DNA of 64,000 nt from Pachysolen tannophilus NRRL Y-2460 (taxonomy: Eukaryota), in NCBI GenBank assembly GCA_001661245.1, contig KV454018.1, positions 569,569 through 633,568 of the forward strand, in the 5' to 3' direction. The notes beneath the pieces were generated by a model. It had not been told where the DNA came from, did no database searches, and saw nothing but the letters and a program-made list of their open reading frames with translations. Of the stretch, positions 57,844-64,000 are shown piece after piece. The position numbers and the translations under genes are program-made. Positions within the stretch are counted from its first letter, which is position 1; each line of letters begins with the position of its first letter.

Positions 57844-58564
57844 TCACACTACAGTTCACTATTATGCAATTGTTTTTTTTTAAAAGTTTTTTAACTTTTC
57901 AATAATGAAAATTTCTATGCGGAAAACTGGAGAGTGAATTGTCGTGACCTTGGAACAGTTGACTTTCAGTCCAATAAGACTGAGAGACTGAAAGACCTTT
58001 ACCTTTTTTTTTTTTTTTTTTTTTTCTCTTTTCTCTTTTCTTTATTTCTATAGATGTTGCCAAATGCTGTGTAATATTATTGAATAAACTTTAAATAATT
58101 ATATTTTCACATACCAATGCTACAAGGTTATTATTTTTGAAATTTGAAATTACTAATGGCGTAAAATTAATTAATACCCAGTTTTACAATCTAAAAAGTA
58201 ATAATAAAAAAAAAAAAAAGAACTTTTTGGAACAATGTGAAAGAGCTTCAATGATGATGGCGGCACAGCAAGTCTTTTCAATTTTGATATACGGGAACAA
58301 GTGAGATACTGACAGTCTGGAGAAGAGGGCAAACATTTTTTTTAAACGGAACAATGAATCACAAATAAGCTGAAATTTTTTTTGTTTATTTTTTTTTTTT
58401 AAGGGCCCTGGCTATGCCTATAACTGGAAACAATGCTGCACCAATTTGAGATTTGTTTTATTAAACCGTCCTCTCATATGTACTTCAAGCATCTAGAGTT
58501 CTGAAACCATGTTACATGAAGTATTTCTTTTTGGAAAAGCCAGTTGTAATTCGCGTCGTAAACG

Positions 58565-61486
58565 TCATAAAAACTTTTGTATGTAGTCATAAATCCAATC
58601 TTCGTCAACAATTCGTGGTATTTTCTCCAAATTGCCCTGGTCTTTATTAATTTGCAGATTTTGAGAATTGAAGGTTCTTAATTCTTCAATTTCAGCTTCC
58701 AATTGAGAATAGATTTTTTGCTCAATTCCATGGAAATCGTATAATGATGAAGAATCATCATCTTGTATTGTATTAATTTCATTTAAATAATTGAAAATTT
58801 TAGATAAATTTGGCTTCACAATATGAGTTGAATTTTTCAAAGTCTCTGAAACTTCTCCATGATAAATATTAATTGTGTTGATCAAATTGTTATAAATAAA
58901 CCCTAAATTTAAAGTTGATGATTCTAATAGAGGTGATTTAACAATATAGAATTTGAAATCTTTTAGCAAATAGAAAAGTGAATCATTAGAACTACTCATC
59001 AATTCTTCTTGGATATTATTTAATTTTTTGGAAAAATGCTCTTGATCAAATTTTAAACTATCAATATAAGAATGGAAGTCATTCGTTTCAACTGGTAAGT
59101 AGAAACTATCACCATTTTTATCAACATTTCTAAGACTTGATTGGTATAATTCATCTGATGCTTTCAATAAATGAGTAGGTTCAAATCTGACAATTTCATT
59201 AACAGTTATGCAGTTAAACATCCAATTAGGTCTTATTATATCATAACCTTCATTAATCAAGCTCTTTGTTGATAAAGTGAGCTTATCACTGATAATAATC
59301 AATTTTCCAGATCCTAATTTTAACCGTTCATTTTTAGTTATTTTCCCACCATTCTTTTTAATTATAGATATTAAATCATTTACCGAAAGCCGTTCATTAC
59401 AACTAACATAATCCGTTAATACATAGAAAACAAGATTATTGAACAATTTTGAATTCTCATTCACTTGAATCTTTTCACTAAGATTCTGAGCAATCAATGA
59501 TTTATTGGATATTTTTCTTCTAATCAGATTTTTTCTTGTGACAACCTCATGTTCCCCATTTTCATCCAATATTCTCTTTCTAGAATGAGAGTTTTTCATT
59601 TTCTTATAATCCTCAATACTTAAGCTATCCTCCCAAGTTTTATCTTCTCTAATACTACGAAAATATGCATTATATAATGTCGTTCCAGCTTTATAAGATT
59701 TGCCTCCAATACCAATATCAATCGAACGAGCTTTCACTTGAATTACTACTGATTCTTTAGGGTTTATCCATTCATCAGGAATTTTTTTCCCAAATTCAAC
59801 TATATCAGCAGATGGTGGATTTTTTTGATATTTCTTCCATTGATTTCCTATTTTTTTTTCAATCATCTTATAATCATCATTGGATAATCCATTTGCAATG
59901 CTACAAAATGAAACAAAATGTTGATCATTTTCATCATCTCGCAATCCACATACATATGTGGTTTTAGAAGAACGTATCTTGCCTATAATTACTATGTCAA
60001 CTTCTTCTCCAAATTCATCCAAGTATTCAGGTTTTATTTTAATCCATGAAGAATTCCTTTCTGCTAAGAAATATTTTGAGTTTGGGTTTTTAATTATAAT
60101 ACCCTCTTTGCTTTGTCGAATTGCATTCCTAATAGAATTTTCAATTTCTTCGGCAGTATGACATTTGGAGTATTTCACAATTTCAATGACATTTTCAATT
60201 GGATTCAAGATTCGTGACAAATATTCTCTGCGATCTTCTAACTTCAGATTTTCAAAAGAAGCACCATTCAAATATAAAATATCATATACAACATACATTG
60301 GCCGAGCGGTATCATCAAAAGAACGAGCGGTATTCTCACCATCAATTGTACTTTTTGCAGCACCTTTTAAATAACCAAAGGGTAAGACCGTTTTCCTCCT
60401 ATGATCGTAGACAACCATTTCACCATCTAATATAACACTTTTAACTTTTTCGTTAAAACATCCTTTAATATATTTTGTTAATGAAGGTTTTGTATAATCA
60501 GAACCATATAACTGGGTATAATTAGTAGCATTTCTTGAAAAATACAGGAAAGTTTCACCGTAATTATCCATGTGTAACTGCATCCTTTCACCATCCAATT
60601 TTTCCTCAATATAAAAATACGATCCCAACCTTTCAACAATCTTGGTGAAGCTCTCTTCAGTTCTCAAGGCTAATTGAGGTTTAAAGGGATTTAATAATCT
60701 AATATTTATTTTACCCAACTTTTTCTTGGGATTTGGTAATTCATAGAAAACTCTTTTCAAATCACTCACCACATCTAAAAGTTTTGGTGCATCAGGATGC
60801 CAACATGCGAGAAACATATTTGCCAGGCCTTTTAATATGTTTAGTTTCAATATAATTTTAATAAACCATCGTATTTCTTCAACACTCATTTTATCGAACA
60901 ACTCCTTAAGCAGATAAAACTGCTTTGTACTTTTATTTTCATCTTTAGAAACCAGTTCAAGTAACTGAGGCATTAGCGTAGTTTTACCGAATTCATTCAA
61001 GAAATTGTTTAATTCATCAACAGTAACGATATTCCCATTATTATCAGTCCCTACCCTTGATCGAATCAGATTACAACAAATTTCAGCAAAACCTACATCA
61101 CCTCTTCCAAATGAATTCTCCACGCTTCTTTTCCATTGTGTTATCTTCTTATAATCAACTGAATTTTTAGGGATCTTATAAATCTTAGTAATCATATCAC
61201 CCAACTTACTTTCTTTTAAATAGTAAATACGATTATCTTTATCAGGTAATGCTAACCTTCCCACAGGGTAAATATCATCCCCAACTCTCCATCTGTATTC
61301 TCTTATAAATCTTTCAACAATCTGATATTTTCTAGAACTTAAGGTTCTTTGATCTAATGGGTCTTTTCTAACATTATATAATGGAATAAAAAGACTATTA
61401 ATTAATGTGCTAAATGTCGGAAGTTCTCCGTGATTAATGGGCACAGGAAGTTCTGATACATCCTTGCTTTCAATCTCAAAATCCAT
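58565..61486 (-). CDS. DNL4: DNA ligase IV (NHEJ)
   Basis: EEKLDGERMQLH, ILDGEMV, EGIIIK and WIKIKPEYL; C-terminal BRCT-like domains. Confidence 0.93.
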   Translation of the reverse strand: MDFEIESKDVSELPVPINHGELPTFSTLINSLFIPLYNVRKDPLDQRTLSSRKYQIVERFIREYRWRVGDDIYPVGRLALPDKDNRIYYLKESKLGDMITKIYKIPKNSVDYKKITQWKRSVENSFGRGDVGFAEICCNLIRSRVGTDNNGNIVTVDELNNFLNEFGKTTLMPQLLELVSKDENKSTKQFYLLKELFDKMSVEEIRWFIKIILKLNILKGLANMFLACWHPDAPKLLDVVSDLKRVFYELPNPKKKLGKINIRLLNPFKPQLALRTEESFTKIVERLGSYFYIEEKLDGERMQLHMDNYGETFLYFSRNATNYTQLYGSDYTKPSLTKYIKGCFNEKVKSVILDGEMVVYDHRRKTVLPFGYLKGAAKSTIDGENTARSFDDTARPMYVVYDILYLNGASFENLKLEDRREYLSRILNPIENVIEIVKYSKCHTAEEIENSIRNAIRQSKEGIIIKNPNSKYFLAERNSSWIKIKPEYLDEFGEEVDIVIIGKIRSSKTTYVCGLRDDENDQHFVSFCSIANGLSNDDYKMIEKKIGNQWKKYQKNPPSADIVEFGKKIPDEWINPKESVVIQVKARSIDIGIGGKSYKAGTTLYNAYFRSIREDKTWEDSLSIEDYKKMKNSHSRKRILDENGEHEVVTRKNLIRRKISNKSLIAQNLSEKIQVNENSKLFNNLVFYVLTDYVSCNERLSVNDLISIIKKNGGKITKNERLKLGSGKLIIISDKLTLSTKSLINEGYDIIRPNWMFNCITVNEIVRFEPTHLLKASDELYQSSLRNVDKNGDSFYLPVETNDFHSYIDSLKFDQEHFSKKLNNIQEELMSSSNDSLFYLLKDFKFYIVKSPLLESSTLNLGFIYNNLINTINIYHGEVSETLKNSTHIVKPNLSKIFNYLNEINTIQDDDSSSLYDFHGIEQKIYSQLEAEIEELRTFNSQNLQINKDQGNLEKIPRIVDEDWIYDYIQKFL

Positions 61487-61814
61487 CTATGACAAACAAA
61501 AATATTTTTCTTTTCCCTCTCCAATCTCCATATATCTTTCTTTCAAAGTAATCAATCCCTCACTATTCACTATTAACTCAAGAGATGTCATTAAACTAAA
61601 GAAAGATAAAAAGGAAACCCCATATTTTTCACAAAATGATTAATACCACCAATCCTCTTAACAAAGGTTTGGGACATATTCCTGTTAACAAAGGTGTTTT
61701 GTTTTAATAAATAATACCCGTTTTATCTGGAAGAAGAAGACCTCTTCCACAACAGGAGCAAACGATATTAATTGAATCGAAATTATATATATATATATAT
61801 ATATTAATATGTAC

Positions 61815-62768
61815 TTAAGAAACTTTAAGGCTATTCACTTGTTCCCTCACCAGATCTAGGGAAGAGTCCTCTTCTGCTTCTTCTTCTTCTTCTTCTTCTT
61901 CTTCATTATCAGTGTTTTCTATGAGATTTCCTAGCTTATCGTATCTATTAACCTCTTCCAGTTCTTCCTCTATTATATTGCCGAGATTATCGTATTTCAC
62001 AACTTTCTTTATTGAGTCATCATCATGTTCTTCTTCTCCGTCTTCTTCACTTTCTTCTTCATCGGTGTCTAGGTTTTTTCTATTTACATTTCCTAACATC
62101 CATAAATCTTGTCCCTGTGCCATTTCTTTCCTTTCCAGTCTTTCTTTTTCAACTTCTTCAATATATCTACTTTGAGCTTTTTCAATTGATTCAGAGTCAG
62201 TACACGATTGATAAATTTCTAATAACTCCTTATTTACATCCAAGAAAGTCAACCCCCAGCTAAATTTTTCCAAGATCATTTCTGCCCATTCGGTTTTCCC
62301 TACAATTGCAAAACAAGCTGCTAATGCTTCAACGCAATTTAATCTCCAAGGCCTACCATAGTTCACAGGGTTTGCAGCAAATAAATAAGGTAACAACCTC
62401 TCATATCTACCACCAATTTTTTTAAAAGGAATTTCGTCCAATCTTGCCCAAGAACATTCCACTACTGCCGCACCATTTTGTTCAACAATAGATAAATCGT
62501 TTGGACACACAAACCCTTTCCCATTGGGAGAAACAACAACACCTTGAAATTTTTGACCAATCCTCAAGTTTTTAATTAATCCTAACCTCTCCAACTTTTT
62601 ACCACTACATCTCTTTGGATCGCAATGATCAAAATCCCACATGCCCAATTTAAATGGAAGATCACTTATAACATGTTGTCTCGTCTCTTGATGACGATGT
62701 TTCGAATGCGATTTTGGCTTATGAGAGCTCCTCTCTTCGGTAGATACCTTATTCTTTCCCTTACCCAT
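61815..62768 (-). CDS. TSR3: 18S rRNA aminocarboxypropyltransferase
   Basis: MWDFDHCDPKRCSGKKL, VECSW and RLLPYLFAANPVNYGRPWRLNCVEALAA. Confidence 0.96.
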   Translation of the reverse strand: MGKGKNKVSTEERSSHKPKSHSKHRHQETRQHVISDLPFKLGMWDFDHCDPKRCSGKKLERLGLIKNLRIGQKFQGVVVSPNGKGFVCPNDLSIVEQNGAAVVECSWARLDEIPFKKIGGRYERLLPYLFAANPVNYGRPWRLNCVEALAACFAIVGKTEWAEMILEKFSWGLTFLDVNKELLEIYQSCTDSESIEKAQSRYIEEVEKERLERKEMAQGQDLWMLGNVNRKNLDTDEEESEEDGEEEHDDDSIKKVVKYDNLGNIIEEELEEVNRYDKLGNLIENTDNEEEEEEEEEAEEDSSLDLVREQVNSLKVS

Positions 62769-62868
62769 TATTTCAGCTTTACCTCTATAACCTCTATAAC
62801 CTCTGTAATCTTCCTCTAATATTGGAAAATCAACTCTTTTTCTTTATTAAATTGATTAAAAGAATTTT

Positions 62869-62878
62869 TGAAAAATTT
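62869..62878. promoter_or_regulatory. RRPE-like motif in the TSR3/VRL1 divergent promoter
   Basis: TGAAAAATTT about 100 nt upstream of the TSR3 ATG. Confidence 0.4.
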
Positions 62879-63001
62879 ATCAAAATTTTTTTTTTTCTTT
62901 TTCTTTTATAAATAATATTTCTATTTTATAAATAAAACCTTTTTTATTTTTTAATATTAAGAAAATGGTTCATATAGAATTGCACCAATTTGCAATAGAT
63001 T

Positions 63002-64000
63002 ATGAGGAATAAAAGCAATAATAATAGTATCAACTCTCATCTTCCGTTGTTGTTGAATCCTTTTTTGAATGCTTTGTTCAATCATCCAAATCCTGCCAAG
63101 TCAAATCTTAGTAAGACAATCAATTTATTAAAGGAATATCCAAATGATTATATATTGCTAGTGCCCAGTACTCTTTCGTTATTGCTGTTGAAGAACCAAT
63201 GTCATCAGGAAGAGTTTGTGAATAATCATGTGATAACAGTGAAAGAGTATCAATCGTTGAATAATAAGGTATATAAGGTTAGGAAAAATTATTTGTATCA
63301 TGATGGAGTCAAGATAGCAAAGTTATTAGAGAATAATTTTTTTGTTAGTTTTAACAATTATCTTCCAAATGATCTGTTTTATAAGGTGATACATATACTG
63401 GAGCCAATTGTTTTCAGTAAGGATAACAAAGGTAATGGAGTTAATGCGAAGTATCAACAACAACAACAACAACAGCAACAGCAGCAACAGCAGCAACTTG
63501 AGATAGATGCTCTTGATGATTCGCTGGATTTCACTCAATTATCAAGAGAGTTCCCAGTAATTTTCAATCCAGTTGGAGAATTATTCAAAAATTTTTTCAA
63601 AAATTTAAATTTGAAATCAATTGATGATATAGGTCTGCTTACAAACAGTTTTAACAGCATTGTACAAAGAGGAAATTCGATTTTTTTAGATAGTTTGGAT
63701 AGGAAAACTTATCAGAATGAGATGCTAGCAAAATATCCGAATTTGGATTTGAATAAATGTTTATTCAATTATATCGAAATGAATGTATACGAGAAGTTTT
63801 GGAATCAACTAGCAAGTAAGTGTGAAGATGAAAATAAGATTCTTGATAGCCATTATGAAGAATTATCTAATTTATCCTTAAATCAACTTGGTTTGCCAAA
63901 TTATTTTAAATTATATTTTGCAGTTGACAAAAAAAATTTAATTATGTTGGAAAAATTGATAAATAGATCAATTGAAGAATTTTCCAAATTGAAGTTTTCA
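63002..64000 (+). CDS. VRL1: Vrl1 (VARP-like VPS9 GEF) N-terminal part; runs off the window and is absent from the ORF track
   Basis: Manual translation MRNKSNNNSINSHLPLLLNPFLNALFNHPNP..ILLVP..FNYIEMNVYEKFWNQL showed no stop as far as read; HLPxLLNP..NA.FN.P.P resembles YML003W/YML002W. Confidence 0.78.
   Translation, partial: MRNKSNNNSINSHLPLLLNPFLNALFNHPNPAKSNLSKTINLLKEYPNDYILLVPSTLSLLLLKNQCHQEEFVNNHVITVKEYQSLNNKVYKVRKNYLYHDGVKIAKLLENNFFVSFNNYLPNDLFYKVIHILEPIVFSKDNKGNGVNAKYQQQQQQQQQQQQQQLEIDALDDSLDFTQLSREFPVIFNPVGELFKNFFKNLNLKSIDDIGLLTNSFNSIVQRGNSIFLDSLDRKTYQNEMLAKYPNLDLNKCLFNYIEMNVYEKFWNQLASKCEDENKILDSHYEELSNLSLNQLGLPNYFKLYFAVDKKNLIMLEKLINRSIEEFSKLKFS

Noticed and set aside
54000..58560. 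LTR, transposon remnants or CRISPR-like arrays in the long intergenic tract
   Set aside because: No TG..CA-bounded repeat, target-site duplication, RT/integrase motif or repeat-spacer periodicity was visible by eye.
2749..62263. Short antisense or alternate-frame ORFs inside real genes (e.g. 3088, 3598, 11814, 14724, 25505, 44543, 50917, 61912)
   Set aside because: Shadows of low-complexity or trinucleotide-repeat coding sequence, with no recognisable motifs.

Overview
AT-rich, gene-dense window from a draft budding-yeast (Saccharomycotina) nuclear genome with six N-gaps. CDC28 resembles Candida/Pichia-type orthologues, and in-frame CTG placement hints at CUG reassignment (Ala or Ser; Pachysolen-like is a guess). 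It holds about 29 protein genes: HapX/HAP43, PET127, ANY1, YEA4, VAB2, CFD1, BET1, SGN1, NOP16, PMI40 (1 intron), dynactin p25, NTF2 (3 introns), AIM21, GAS5, AIM24, a histidine phosphatase, MRPL13, a CBS-PB1 protein, SRT1, VPH2, AlaX, an unknown Cys-motif protein, CDC28 (1 intron), IFA38, LGE1, AMN1, a MedA-like factor, DNL4, TSR3 and partial VRL1. It also holds tRNA-Val(AAC) and intron-containing tRNA-Ile(UAU) copies. The most striking structure is a clean 1,169-bp inversion (25855-27023). It cuts AIM24 into two opposite-strand halves and swaps the GAS5 C-terminus; flipping it back restores both reading frames exactly. Three genes each need a -1 shift at an A-run. Many genes have S. cerevisiae orthologues beside CEN5/CEN9 or CEN13/CEN15, and a 6.3-kb gene-free tract could be a regional centromere or a long promoter. 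Gene names come from recalled motifs, not database searches.
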